64,000 nt of DNA from Thermoanaerobaculia bacterium (GCA_963666565.1 OY762911.1:224001-288000), one strand, 5' to 3'. Positions 51,974 to 61,271 are shown, numbered from the stretch's first letter. Notes: generated by a model not told the origin, from the sequence alone. Made by a program: numbers and translations.

Positions 51974-53119
51974 TCACGCGGCGACGTCCCGAATCTCCAG
52001 TTCGACGCGGCGCAGGCCCTCCGCGAAGGCTTCCGGCTCGACGCCCAGACCGAAGCGCAGGTAGCCCGGCATCCCGGCCCAGCGGCCCGCGATCAGCAGG
52101 ACGCTGCGGTTCCGCCGGAGCCGTTCCGCGAAGGCGGCGCAGTCGGCCGGACGGCCGTTCTCCAGCAGCGGCACGAAGCCGTAGGCCCCGGCCCGCGGCT
52201 CGCGGTAGGCGATCGCGCCGTCGTGCCGGCCGGTCCAGTCGCGGAAGGTCGCGCGGTTCGTGCGCATCATCCGCCGCGCCCGTTCGAACAGCCGTTCCTG
52301 GTTCGACGGCTCGGTGGCGAAACGCGCGATCGGGTCGGAAAGCGCCGCGGGGGCGATCGTCGTGAAGTCCCGCCTCGACCAGCACCGCTCGACGAACTCG
52401 GGGGGACCGACCATCCAGCCCAGGCGGGCGCCCGGTAGACCGTACGCCTTGGACAGGCTGGAGACGACGACGACGCGCTCGCCCCGTCCCCACATCCCGG
52501 GCGCCTCCTCTCCGGGCCCCAGGTCGTGTACGGCGCCGCGATAGACCTCGTCCGACAGCACCCAGGCGCCGACCCGTTCCGCGGCGGCCGAGATGCGGTC
52601 GAGTTCGGCCGGCGTGAACACGTGGCCGGTCGGGTTGTTCGGATGACTCAGGTAGATGAGCTTCGTCCGCTCGCCGACCGCGTCCTCGAACGCATCCCAG
52701 TCGAGCGACCAGCTCGACTCGTCGGCGCCGGGGAGGAGCGGTATGTCTCGCACCACCGCCCCGAGGCCACGGGCCGCCAGACCCACCTGCAGGTAGTTCG
52801 GCACGATCGCCACCACCTCGTCGCCCGGCGTGACCAGGACCTGCACGGCCACGTAGTTCGCCTCGGACGAGCCGGTTGTCACCAGCAGATTCCCGATCGT
52901 CGCCCCCGCGTAGTGCCCGGCGAGCTGCGAGCGCAGCTCCGGCGTGCCGTTCGACTGGATGTACTCGAGCGGCATCGAGTGCAGTCCGTCCAGATCGAAC
53001 CCCAGCGCCGCCAGGCCGTTCAGCGTCAGCGGTTCGACGCCGCTCTCGCTCATGTTGATCTCTACGCGGTGTTCCCAGAGCGACTGCTGCCGCTCCAGAT
53101 GGAAGGTCTCCATCTCCAT
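51974..53119 (-). CDS. PLP-dependent aminotransferase class I/II
   Basis: HPNNPTG, SDEVY, SLSKAYGLPGARLGW. Confidence 0.94.
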   Translation of the reverse strand: MEMETFHLERQQSLWEHRVEINMSESGVEPLTLNGLAALGFDLDGLHSMPLEYIQSNGTPELRSQLAGHYAGATIGNLLVTTGSSEANYVAVQVLVTPGDEVVAIVPNYLQVGLAARGLGAVVRDIPLLPGADESSWSLDWDAFEDAVGERTKLIYLSHPNNPTGHVFTPAELDRISAAAERVGAWVLSDEVYRGAVHDLGPGEEAPGMWGRGERVVVVSSLSKAYGLPGARLGWMVGPPEFVERCWSRRDFTTIAPAALSDPIARFATEPSNQERLFERARRMMRTNRATFRDWTGRHDGAIAYREPRAGAYGFVPLLENGRPADCAAFAERLRRNRSVLLIAGRWAGMPGYLRFGLGVEPEAFAEGLRRVELEIRDVAA

Positions 53120-53190
53120 CGTGCTTGTCCCTCGCCGAATCGGTCCCTCGTCAGGCGCCGCAGTATGCCACCGCCTCCCGCAGGACAGAC

Positions 53191-53258
53191 TGGGTGCGCG
53201 GGTCTTCCGACCCGCCGCCGCCGCAGGCGGCCGGAAGCCCGCCGGCCGTCAGGCCGGC
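53191..53258 (+). repeat. Full three-hairpin REP/MITE-like element
   Basis: TGGGTGC GCGGGTC-TTCC-GACCCGC C GCCGCC-GCA-GGCGGC linker GCCGGCC-GTCA-GGCCGGC. Confidence 0.85.
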
Positions 53259-53262
53259 GCCG

Positions 53263-54288
53263 CTACGGCAGCGCATGCACCGACGGCATCACGCCGACGG
53301 CATGGCTGCCGAAGCCGAAGTTCGTCGGCTCGTACTCGCCGACGACGCGGGCGTCGCTCCGGTCCGGGATCCGGTCCTCCATGCCGAGGCCCCAGTACAC
53401 GGCGTTCACGAGCAGCCGGCGGAGTCCCTCGCTCTCGAAGTCCGTCGACGACCCCATCGTGGTCGTGAACACGCGCGCCGCCTTGCCGCCGGCGCCGGTG
53501 TAGGAACGGGTCCATGCGATCGGGACCATCGGGTCGTTCTTCGGCCCCTCGACCGGCGGATCGCCGGGCGACATCCCGGCGAGGACGGCGCCGAGCAGCA
53601 GGACGTTCGCGTCGTCGCCGAGGTTCCTGAGGCCGTAAACGTCGGTGGGACCCCAGACGTCGTCCACGCCGCGCAGGATGGGGTGGCCGGCCGCGCCCGG
53701 AGCGACGACGCCGCGGGTGCTCTCCTGGCCGTGGCGCCCGTGATGGTTGATCCAGGTGTCGCCGAGAACCTGCTGCCCGAATCCGCCGGGCCAGGAGTCG
53801 CTGCGGAAGTGCCAGTGCGCGTACAGGCTGTCCGGGTTGCGCTGGTAGGAGAAGGCGTGCGTGGCAGTCCGCAGGCCCACGATCGGCCGCCCGGAGTCGA
53901 CATAGTCGACGATGTGCTTCATCTGCTCGTCGGGCAGTTCGCGGAACCGCGTGGCGATCACCATCAGGTCGGCGTCCGCGAGCGCTTCGAGACCCGGGAT
54001 GTTCGTCTGCTCCTCGGGATCGATGGCCCCGGTCTCGGCGTCGATGGAGAACAGGACGACGCACTCGAACCCGTGCCGCACCGAGAGCAGTTTGCCCAGC
54101 ATCGGCATCGCTTCCTCGGAGCGGTACTCCTCGTCGCCGGCGATCAGGACGACCTTGTGGCCGGCGCCGGGGCCGTCGCTTCCCGGGTAGGCCACCCACG
54201 GATTCTGCCCGAGCGAGGACGCCGGCAGCGACGCGAAGAGGAGGGCTGCAACCAATGCCGGAACGAGGGGAAAACGACCATTCTTCAT
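53263..54288 (-). CDS. Secreted ThuA-like domain protein
   Basis: Signal peptide; GDEEYRSEE, GLRTATHAF, PIAWTR, RVFTTTMG, NAVYWGLG. Confidence 0.8.
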   Translation of the reverse strand: MKNGRFPLVPALVAALLFASLPASSLGQNPWVAYPGSDGPGAGHKVVLIAGDEEYRSEEAMPMLGKLLSVRHGFECVVLFSIDAETGAIDPEEQTNIPGLEALADADLMVIATRFRELPDEQMKHIVDYVDSGRPIVGLRTATHAFSYQRNPDSLYAHWHFRSDSWPGGFGQQVLGDTWINHHGRHGQESTRGVVAPGAAGHPILRGVDDVWGPTDVYGLRNLGDDANVLLLGAVLAGMSPGDPPVEGPKNDPMVPIAWTRSYTGAGGKAARVFTTTMGSSTDFESEGLRRLLVNAVYWGLGMEDRIPDRSDARVVGEYEPTNFGFGSHAVGVMPSVHALP

Positions 54289-54394
54289 CGCTGGAACCTC
54301 CGGCGGCAGCGTACCAGCGCGCTATCGTACGCACCCCAGACGTCCGACAGCCAACTCGCACGGCCGGCACGGCACGACTCCAGGAGTCCGCAAC

Positions 54395-54865
54395 ATGAAG
54401 AGACAAACTCTCCTCGCCTTCTTCCTCGGCGTGCTTCTGCTCGCGACCGCCAGCACGGAGGCACAAGACTTGAAGACGGAATTCCTCGGCACGCAGCCGG
54501 GCTTCTCCCACATCGCGAAGACGACCGCGGGCGGCGTCACCACGATCCTCATCTCGGGCCAGGTCGGCTGGGCCGACGACGGCGCGCCCGCGCCCGCCGA
54601 AACTCTCGCGGAGCAGGCCGAGATCGCGTTCACCAACGTCGTCAAGCGCGTGGAGCAGGCCGGTGCCACCGCCGACGACATCGTCAAGTTCACCGTCTTC
54701 ATCAAGGACATCGACCCGGAGAAGGTGCAGACCGTCGGCCGCGCCCAGGCCAAGGTCCTGGGCCTCGACCCGCCGCGAGCGGCGACCTGGGTCGGGGTTA
54801 CGGGGCTCGTGTTCCCGTCGCTGCTGGTCGAGGTGGAGGCGACGGCGGTGGTGGCTGCGGAGTAG
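54395..54865 (+). CDS. Rid (YjgF/YER057c/UK114) family protein with signal peptide
   Basis: ISGQVG, GATADDIVKFTVFI, LVEVEATA; AGGAG RBS. Confidence 0.88.
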   Translation: MKRQTLLAFFLGVLLLATASTEAQDLKTEFLGTQPGFSHIAKTTAGGVTTILISGQVGWADDGAPAPAETLAEQAEIAFTNVVKRVEQAGATADDIVKFTVFIKDIDPEKVQTVGRAQAKVLGLDPPRAATWVGVTGLVFPSLLVEVEATAVVAAE

Positions 54866-54888
54866 CAGCACGGCCGGGCGCGGGTGTC

Positions 54889-55024
54889 GGTGCGCGGGTC
54901 TTCCGACCCGCCCACCGGCGGCGCTTGGAGCGGCGCAGCCGGAACGACAAGGCCGCCGGCCAAAGGCCGGCGACGCTTCCGAAGCCGCCTCCGGCGGCAG
55001 CGGGTCAGAGGACCCGCGCACCCA
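54889..55024. repeat. Inverted pair of REP-like elements (REPIN-like)
   Basis: Hairpin-1 copy on + at 54889-54911 faces a full three-hairpin copy on - at 54955-55024 (GGA triloop). Confidence 0.8.
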
Positions 55025-55080
55025 GTGCGAACACCGCCGGCCTTCGATCCAGCAACCGCTTCGGAACGGCGTCAGCACAA

Positions 55081-55191
55081 GGGAGACGGGAATCGCTGGC
55101 CGAGACGCTTGCGAAGCAAGCGGCGAACGCAGAATCCCGTCTCCCGCTCCACGCCTGCGCTCCGCGCGGCGTGGAGCGGGAGACGGGATTC
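55081..55191. repeat. Inverted and direct copies of the tRNA-Gly 3' end
   Basis: 55132-55155 is the exact reverse complement of 55168-55191; 55081-55095 matches 55178-55192 at 14/15. Confidence 0.9.
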
Positions 55192-55246
55192 GAACCCGCG
55201 ACCAACAGCTTGGAAGGCTGTGACTCTACCCCTGAGTTACTCCCGC
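55172..55246 (-). tRNA. trnG: tRNA-Gly (TCC)
   Basis: GCGGGAG acceptor stem, ACAGC-CTTCCAA-GCTGT, GGTTCGAAT, CCA end. Confidence 0.97.
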
Positions 55247-55267
55247 GCACCCGCGAAGGGGAGGAAG

Positions 55268-55354
55268 TGGTGGAGGCGGATGGATTCGAACCACCGTAGG
55301 GCTTTGCCCGACAGATTTACAGTCTGTTGCCTTTGACCGCTCGGCCACACCTCC
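55268..55354 (-). tRNA. trnY: tRNA-Tyr (GTA)
   Basis: ACAGA-CTGTAAA-TCTGT, long variable arm GGGCAAAGCCC, CCA end. Confidence 0.97.
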
Positions 55355-55367
55355 GGCAACTTCCCCA

Positions 55368-55443
55368 TGGAGCCGGCACCCGGATTCGAACCGAGGACCT
55401 ACTGCTTACAAGGCAGTTGCTCTGCCAACTGAGCTATGCCGGC
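55368..55443 (-). tRNA. trnT: tRNA-Thr (TGT)
   Basis: GCCGGCA acceptor stem, ACTGC-CTTGTAA-GCAGT, CCA end. Confidence 0.97.
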
Positions 55444-55481
55444 CCTCGCTTGCGAGGCGCTTGACGCCACGGCGACGCCGG

Positions 55482-55510
55482 AGTCTACGACAGGCCCTTC
55501 GCGCTGACAA
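55482..55510 (-). promoter_or_regulatory. Sigma70 promoter of the tRNA Thr-Tyr-Gly operon
   Basis: TTGTCA-17 nt-TAGACT followed by GC-rich discriminator. Confidence 0.75.
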
Positions 55511-56276
55511 GACGCTGCCGCACAGCCTCGTAGAGCAGCGCGGCCGCAGCCGTCGACAGGTTGAGGGACTCGACCCGGCCCCGCATCGGCAACCCGAGCA
55601 GGCCGTCGCAAAGGCCCCTCGTGCGGCGGCGAAGCCCCCGCGCCTCGCCGCCGATGCAGAGGACGACCGGGCCGCTCAGGTCGACCGTCCACGGCGGGTC
55701 GCCGGCGGCGTCCGCGCCGTAGACCCAGAAGCCGTCGCGCTTGAGACGCTCGATCTCCTGGCCGCTGTTGACGATCCGCTCCACGTCGAGCCAATCGACC
55801 GCGCCCGCGGCGGCAGCCGCCACCGCGGCGGAGAGCGGAGCGGATCCGCGGTCGCGGACCAGGACGCGGCCGACGCCGGCGCCTTCGCAGACCCGCAGCA
55901 AGGCGCCCAGGTTCCGCGGATCCTGGACGTCCTCGACCAGGACGACGAGCCCGGGGTCCGCCGACGCCGCCCTCGGCTCGCCGCCTTCCGCCTCCGCCAG
56001 AACGGCCGCGAAGCCGCGCGCCGCCGCCTGGTCCTGACCGGCCTCCACGAGGCGCGCCCGCAGTTCGGCGACCGCGAGGCTCGTCACGCGCACGCGATGC
56101 CGTTGGCACAGAGCCTCGATCGTCCGGCGCCGGTCGCCGGCGGCCCGCGAAACGAGGACTTCGACGACCCGATGCGGCTGGCTCCGCAGGATCTCGCGCA
56201 CCGGCTGGAAGCCGAGCCGCCAGTCCGCGCCGGCAGTCCGCGCGGCGGAGGAAGGCCGCCGGTTCCACCCGTTCAT
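55485..56276 (-). CDS. rlmB: 23S rRNA 2'-O-methyltransferase, TrmH/SpoU family
   Basis: VQDPRNLGALLR, IGGEARGL, PMRGRVESLNLS, LLYEAVRQR. Confidence 0.88.
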   Translation of the reverse strand: MNGWNRRPSSAARTAGADWRLGFQPVREILRSQPHRVVEVLVSRAAGDRRRTIEALCQRHRVRVTSLAVAELRARLVEAGQDQAAARGFAAVLAEAEGGEPRAASADPGLVVLVEDVQDPRNLGALLRVCEGAGVGRVLVRDRGSAPLSAAVAAAAAGAVDWLDVERIVNSGQEIERLKRDGFWVYGADAAGDPPWTVDLSGPVVLCIGGEARGLRRRTRGLCDGLLGLPMRGRVESLNLSTAAAALLYEAVRQRLVSAKGLS

Positions 56277-57484
56277 CCGCGTTCACGCTCCAGCAGCACG
56301 ACGGCCTCGGCCGCCATGCCCTCGCCTCGACCGAGCGGCCCCAGTCCTTCGTGGGTCGTCGCCTTGAAGTTCATCCGTCCGGCGTCGATGCCGAGCAGGC
56401 CCGCGACGCGATCCTCGATCGCCGAACGGTACGGCGCCATCGACGGACGCTCGGCGACGAGGGTCACGTCGCAGTTCCGGACCGCGAAGCCGCGTTCCCC
56501 CACCATCTCGACGATCCGCCGCAGCAGGTCGGAACTGTCGGCGCCGCGCCAGGTCTCGTCCGACGGCGGGAAGTGAACTCCCAGGTCGCCCAGGCCGGCG
56601 GCGCCGAGCAGCGCGTCCCCGATCGCGTGGAGAACGACGTCGGCGTCGCTGTGGCCGTCGAGGCCGGCTTCGTGCGGGATGCGCTGCCCGCCCAGGACGA
56701 GCGGCCGGCCGGCGCGCAGCCGGTGAACGTCGTAGCCGTGACCGATGGCCGTCTCGACTGCCGTCGAGGTCCGGCGCTCGGCCTGATGCAGCCCCTCCGA
56801 GCCAAGAAGAGCCGCGATCACGGGAAGATCGGACGGACCGGTCAGTTTCGGATTCGGGTGGGAGGCGGAAACCGCCGACACCGAACCCGACGGGAAGAGG
56901 CTGCTCTCGTCGCTCGCTTCCAGCCTGTCCCGCTCCGCGCGCTCGAGCGCCTCGCGAAGTTCCCCGGCTCGAAAGACCTGCGGCGTCTCCGCCCGGAACA
57001 GGCCGGCACGGTCGACGGTCGCGCCAAGGCGGCCGCCATCGTTCGTCTTCAGCGTGTCGCTCACCGGGCGGCCGAGGATCGCGCCCGCGCCGCCGCTGCC
57101 GGCGGCAACCCGCAGCACCTCCGCCAGGTCGGCCGCGGCCAGACAGGGCCGGGCGCCGTCGTGTACCGCCACCCAGTCCGACGGAGCGACCTCCGCCGCC
57201 GCCAGCGCGGCGCCGACGGAGTCCTGCCGGCGTCGTCCGCCCTCGACCGCGGAGATCGACACGTCGCGCGAAGTTCGGACCTCCCGCAGCAACATCTCAC
57301 GGGTCTCCCGGGCACGGCCCGCCGGCGCCGCGACGACGACGCGCTCGATCTCGGGCGCGGCCAGGAGCCGGTCGACGGTCCAGGCCAGCAGAGGTCTGCC
57401 GAGGACCGGCACGAACTGCTTGGGACGCTCGCCGCCGAACCGCCGGCCGCCGCCCGCGGCCGGGACGATGGCGCAGCAGGTCAC
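56273..57484 (-). CDS. ispDF: Bifunctional IspD/IspF (MEP pathway)
   Basis: PAAGGGRRFG, PKQF, VHDGARP, ETPQVF (IspD) fused to GHGYDVH, GHSDADV, KATTHEGLG (IspF). Confidence 0.95.
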   Translation of the reverse strand: MTCCAIVPAAGGGRRFGGERPKQFVPVLGRPLLAWTVDRLLAAPEIERVVVAAPAGRARETREMLLREVRTSRDVSISAVEGGRRRQDSVGAALAAAEVAPSDWVAVHDGARPCLAAADLAEVLRVAAGSGGAGAILGRPVSDTLKTNDGGRLGATVDRAGLFRAETPQVFRAGELREALERAERDRLEASDESSLFPSGSVSAVSASHPNPKLTGPSDLPVIAALLGSEGLHQAERRTSTAVETAIGHGYDVHRLRAGRPLVLGGQRIPHEAGLDGHSDADVVLHAIGDALLGAAGLGDLGVHFPPSDETWRGADSSDLLRRIVEMVGERGFAVRNCDVTLVAERPSMAPYRSAIEDRVAGLLGIDAGRMNFKATTHEGLGPLGRGEGMAAEAVVLLERERG

Positions 57485-57486
57485 GC

Positions 57487-58041
57487 CTACACCTCGAGGA
57501 TGTCCTTCTCCTTGTTCGCGAGCGCCTGGTTCACCTGGGCGATGTAGTGATCGTGGAGCTTCTGCATCTCGTCGAAGCCCCGGCGCTCGTCGTCCTGGGA
57601 GATCTCCTTCGCCTTCTCCATCTGCTTCAGACGGTCGTTGCCCTCGCGCCGGACGGCGCGCACCGTGTTGCGGAAGCGCTCGGCGATCTCGTGGGCGCGC
57701 TTCACCATCTCGCGGCGCCGTTCCTCGGTCAGCGGCGGCACGGGGATACGGACGATCCGGCCGTCGTTCGACGGGTTGAGGCCAAGGTCGGCGATCAGGA
57801 TCGCGCGCTCGATCGCCGCGATCTGGGTCGGATCGAACGGCTGCGCCACCAGCAGCGTCGCGTCGGCGACCGAGAGGCTGGCGAGCTGGTTCAACGGCGT
57901 CGGCGTGCCGTAGTACTCCACCGTCACGCCGTCGAGCATCGCCGTCGAGGCCCGGCCGGTGCGCAGTGTCCTGAGCTCCGCGTGAAGATGGTCGACGCTA
58001 TCCTTCATCTTGAGCTCCATCTCCAAGAACAGCTCCTGCAT
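57487..58041 (-). CDS. frr: Ribosome recycling factor
   Basis: LRTGRAS, LGLNPSNDG, PPLTEERR. Confidence 0.98.
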   Translation of the reverse strand: MQELFLEMELKMKDSVDHLHAELRTLRTGRASTAMLDGVTVEYYGTPTPLNQLASLSVADATLLVAQPFDPTQIAAIERAILIADLGLNPSNDGRIVRIPVPPLTEERRREMVKRAHEIAERFRNTVRAVRREGNDRLKQMEKAKEISQDDERRGFDEMQKLHDHYIAQVNQALANKEKDILEV

Positions 58042-58135
58042 CCGCTCAACCTCCCGAACGCGATTCTAGCCCGCGCGTTTCATCTCTCCTACTGCGCGCG
58101 CTTGGCGCTGGAGCCCAGCGAACGGGGCCGCACAC

Positions 58136-58203
58136 TGGGCGCGCCGGCGTCCCCGCCGGCTGCCGCCGAAGGCGGCCAGAAAGACGCTCCGGCCGCAGGC
58201 CGG
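58136..58203 (+). repeat. Full three-hairpin element, type B first hairpin
   Basis: TGGGCGC GCCGGCG-TCCC-CGCCGGC T GCCGCC-GAA-GGCGGC linker CCGGCC-GCA-GGCCGG. Confidence 0.85.
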
Positions 58204-58256
58204 CGCCGCGGCGGCGGCGCAAAGCGCCTGCGACGAACAGGACGGTTGAACGGTCG

Positions 58257-58982
58257 TCAGGTGACGAGCGAGCCGACCTTCTTGCCCAGAACCACCCGCC
58301 GGATGTTGCCGGGGACCCCGAGGTCGAACACGGCGATGGGCAGGTCGTTCTCGCGGCACAGGCTGATCGCCGCCGCGTCCATGATGCCGAGGTTGCGCTC
58401 CAGGACCTCCTGGTACGTCACCTCCGGCAGGCGCACCGCGTCCGCGTCGCGGCGGGGATCGGCGCTGTAGACGCCGTCCACCTGCGTCGCCTTGAGCAGG
58501 ATCTCGGCCTGGACCTCGTTGGCGCGGAGCGCGGCGGCGGTGTCGGTCGTCAGGTACGGGTTGCCGGTGCCGGCGCCGAAGATGACGACCCGTCCCTTTT
58601 CCAGGTGCCGGATCGCCCGGCGGCGGATGAACGGCTCGGCGACGCTCTTCATCTCCAGCGCGGTCTGCACCCGGGTGGCGACGCCGGCCTTCTCCAGGGC
58701 GTCCTGCATCGCCAGGCTGTTGATCACCGTCGCCAGCATGCCCATGTAGTCGCCGGTCGCCCGCTCAACGCCCCGGTGGCTCGCCGCCAGGCCGCGGATG
58801 ACGTTGCCGCCGCCGACCACGATGCCGATCTGGACGCCCAGTTCGAAGACGTCCCGGATCTGCCCGGCGATCCGCCGCACCACCGCCTCGTCGATGCCGA
58901 AGGGCTTGTCGCCCATCAGGGCCTCGCCCGACAGCTTGAGCAGGATGCGGCGGTAGGCCGGCTCGGTCGCGGGCTCGGTCAT
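58257..58982 (-). CDS. pyrH: Uridylate kinase
   Basis: [33 protein letters not shown]. Confidence 0.98.
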   Translation of the reverse strand: MTEPATEPAYRRILLKLSGEALMGDKPFGIDEAVVRRIAGQIRDVFELGVQIGIVVGGGNVIRGLAASHRGVERATGDYMGMLATVINSLAMQDALEKAGVATRVQTALEMKSVAEPFIRRRAIRHLEKGRVVIFGAGTGNPYLTTDTAAALRANEVQAEILLKATQVDGVYSADPRRDADAVRLPEVTYQEVLERNLGIMDAAAISLCRENDLPIAVFDLGVPGNIRRVVLGKKVGSLVT

Positions 58983-58993
58983 CGACCTGGGCG

Positions 58994-59638
58994 TCAGGAC
59001 GGATCGGCGGCCGGCGCGGAGGCGGCGGCCACCGTCGAGTCGCCGCCGAGCTGGAACCTGGCGAACCGGCAGATGCGCATGTTCTCGCCCAGCTTGGCGA
59101 TCGCCCCCTTCAGCACGTCCTCGACCTTCCGGTCCGGGTCCTTCACGAACGGCTGCTCGAGCAGGCAGTTCTCGGCGAAGAACTTCGACATCCGGCCCTC
59201 GACGATCCGTTCGACGATGTGCTCCGGCTTGCCGGATTCCAGCGCCTGTTCCCGGTGGATCCGCTTCTCCCGCTCAAGGACGTCGTCCGTCACCTCGTCG
59301 CGGCCGATGAACCGGGGCTGGCTCGCCGCCACGTGGAGCGAGAGGTCGTGGGCCAACTGCTGGAAGTCGTCCGTCCGCGCGACGAAGTCCGTCTCGCAGT
59401 TGATCTCCAGCAGCACGCCGATCTTGCCGCCGGCGTGGATGTAGGACTTCACCAGACCGTCGCTGGTCGCCCGGCCCGCCTTCTTGGCAGCCGAGGCCAG
59501 GCCCTTCTTCCGCAGGGCGTCGATCGCCGCCTCCAGGTCGCCGCCGGTCTCCACCAGCGCCTTCTTGCAATCCATCATGCCGGCGCCGGTCCGCTCCCGG
59601 AGCTCCTTGACCATGCCGGCCGTCACTTTCGCGTTCAT
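58994..59638 (-). CDS. tsf: Elongation factor Ts (short form)
   Basis: [36 protein letters not shown]. Confidence 0.98.
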   Translation of the reverse strand: MNAKVTAGMVKELRERTGAGMMDCKKALVETGGDLEAAIDALRKKGLASAAKKAGRATSDGLVKSYIHAGGKIGVLLEINCETDFVARTDDFQQLAHDLSLHVAASQPRFIGRDEVTDDVLEREKRIHREQALESGKPEHIVERIVEGRMSKFFAENCLLEQPFVKDPDRKVEDVLKGAIAKLGENMRICRFARFQLGGDSTVAAASAPAADPS

Positions 59639-59750
59639 TGCTCTTTACTCCCTACGAGGCGGCTGCCCGCCTCGGACTCTGCCGTGGGTGCGCGGGTCTC
59701 TGCCAGGCCAGTTCCGATCTGGCGGCCAGTTCCACGCGAACCTGCCGCGG

Positions 59751-60872
59751 TCAGTTGGCTTCGGCGTCGCTGCCGGCCTGTTCGTCTTCGGCCGCCGGTT
59801 CGCCGGTCCCGGTTTCGGCCTCCGCTTCGCCAGCGGCCTCCGCGGCGGCTTCGGCCTCGGCCTCCCCTCCGTCCTGGGCCTCGGACGCCTCCGCCTGAGC
59901 CTCGGACGCCGGTTCGGCCTCCGCCGCGGGTTCCGGCGCTGGCTCGCTCGCGGCCTCCGCGGCGGGCTCGGGCGCGGCCTCCGCGACGGGCTCGGGCGCG
60001 GCCTCCGCGACGGGTTCGGGCGCGGCCTCCGCGGCGGGCTCGGGCGCGGCCTCCGCGGCGGGCTCGGGCGCGGCCTCCGCGGCGGGCTCAGGCGCGGATT
60101 CGCTCGCGGCCTGCGCCGGTTCGGGCGCAGCTTCGGGCACCGCCTCGCCGGCGGCCTCCGCCGAGACTCCGCTGCCGTTGCCTCCCTTCGCCCAGGCCGC
60201 GGCGCCCTCGATGTACGAGTCGGCGATGCGGCCGGCGAACAGGCGGATCGTGCGGATCGCGTCGTCGTTGCCCGGAATCACGTGGTCCACCAGTTCCGGG
60301 TCGCAGTTCGTGTCGACGATCGCCACGACCGGGATGTTCAGCTTGTTCGCCTCCGCGATCGCGATGTGCTCGCGCCGCGGATCGACGATGAACAGCGCGT
60401 CCGGCAGCCGCTCCATCTCGCGGATGCCGTCGAGGTTGCGGACCATCTTGTCCCGCTCGCGCTCCAGCCGGAGGCGTTCCTTCTTGGTCAGCAGGCTCTC
60501 CTCGTCGGCCAGCTTCCGCTCCGTCTCCTGCAACCGCTCCACGGAGGCGCGGATCGTCACGAAGTTGGTCAGCGTGCCGCCGAGCCAGCGATGCGTGACG
60601 TAGAACTGGCCGCAGCGGCGCGCCTCTTCCTCGATCGCCTGCTGGGCCTGGCGCTTGGTGCCCACGAACAGAAGGCGGCGCCCCATGCGGGCCATGTGCT
60701 CGACGTAGTCCGCCGCCTCGCGAAAGCGCTCCAGCGTCTGCTGGAGGTCGATGATGTAGATGCCGTTCCGGCGTCCGAAGATGTAGCCGCGCATCTTCGG
60801 GTTCCAGCGCCTCGTCTGGTGGCCGAAGTGCACACCGGCCTCCAGCATCTCCTTCATCGTCACCTGAGCCAC
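59751..60872 (-). CDS. rpsB: 30S ribosomal protein S2 with long Ala/Glu/Pro tail
   Basis: [37 protein letters not shown]. Confidence 0.98.
   Translation of the reverse strand: MAQVTMKEMLEAGVHFGHQTRRWNPKMRGYIFGRRNGIYIIDLQQTLERFREAADYVEHMARMGRRLLFVGTKRQAQQAIEEEARRCGQFYVTHRWLGGTLTNFVTIRASVERLQETERKLADEESLLTKKERLRLERERDKMVRNLDGIREMERLPDALFIVDPRREHIAIAEANKLNIPVVAIVDTNCDPELVDHVIPGNDDAIRTIRLFAGRIADSYIEGAAAWAKGGNGSGVSAEAAGEAVPEAAPEPAQAASESAPEPAAEAAPEPAAEAAPEPAAEAAPEPVAEAAPEPVAEAAPEPAAEAASEPAPEPAAEAEPASEAQAEASEAQDGGEAEAEAAAEAAGEAEAETGTGEPAAEDEQAGSDAEAN
59950..60096. repeat. In-frame 24-bp tandem repeat (about six units) in rpsB tail
   Basis: GCGGCCTCCGCGGCGGGCTCGGGC units encoding APEPAAEA. Confidence 0.9.
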
Positions 60873-60885
60873 GAACCTGTCCCCG

Positions 60886-61271
60886 CTACCGCTTGCTGAA
60901 CTGGAAGCGCGCGCGCGCGCCCTTCTGACCGTACTTCTTGCGCTCCTTGCGCCGCGGGTCGCGGGTCATGAACCCGCCCGCCTTCAGCGGCTCGCGAAAC
61001 GTCGGCTCGAACTCCACCAGCGCCCGCGACAGGCCGTGACGAATCGCGCCCGCCTGACCGGAGCTGCCGCCCCCGCGGACCGTGGCCCGCATGTCGAACT
61101 CGCCTTCCTTCTCGACGACCTGCAGCGGCTGCCGGACGATCATCTTCAGCACCTCGCTGCTGAAGTAGTCGTCCATGCCGACGCCGTTGACCGTCATCTC
61201 GCCGCTGCCCTCGCTCAGGAAAACCCGTGCGGTGGCCGTCTTGCGGCGGCCGGTCCCGTAGTTCGCTTCCG

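Noticed and set aside
56273-59638. IspD-IspF fusion and short EF-Ts as novelties
   Set aside because: Both forms are well known in many bacterial lineages
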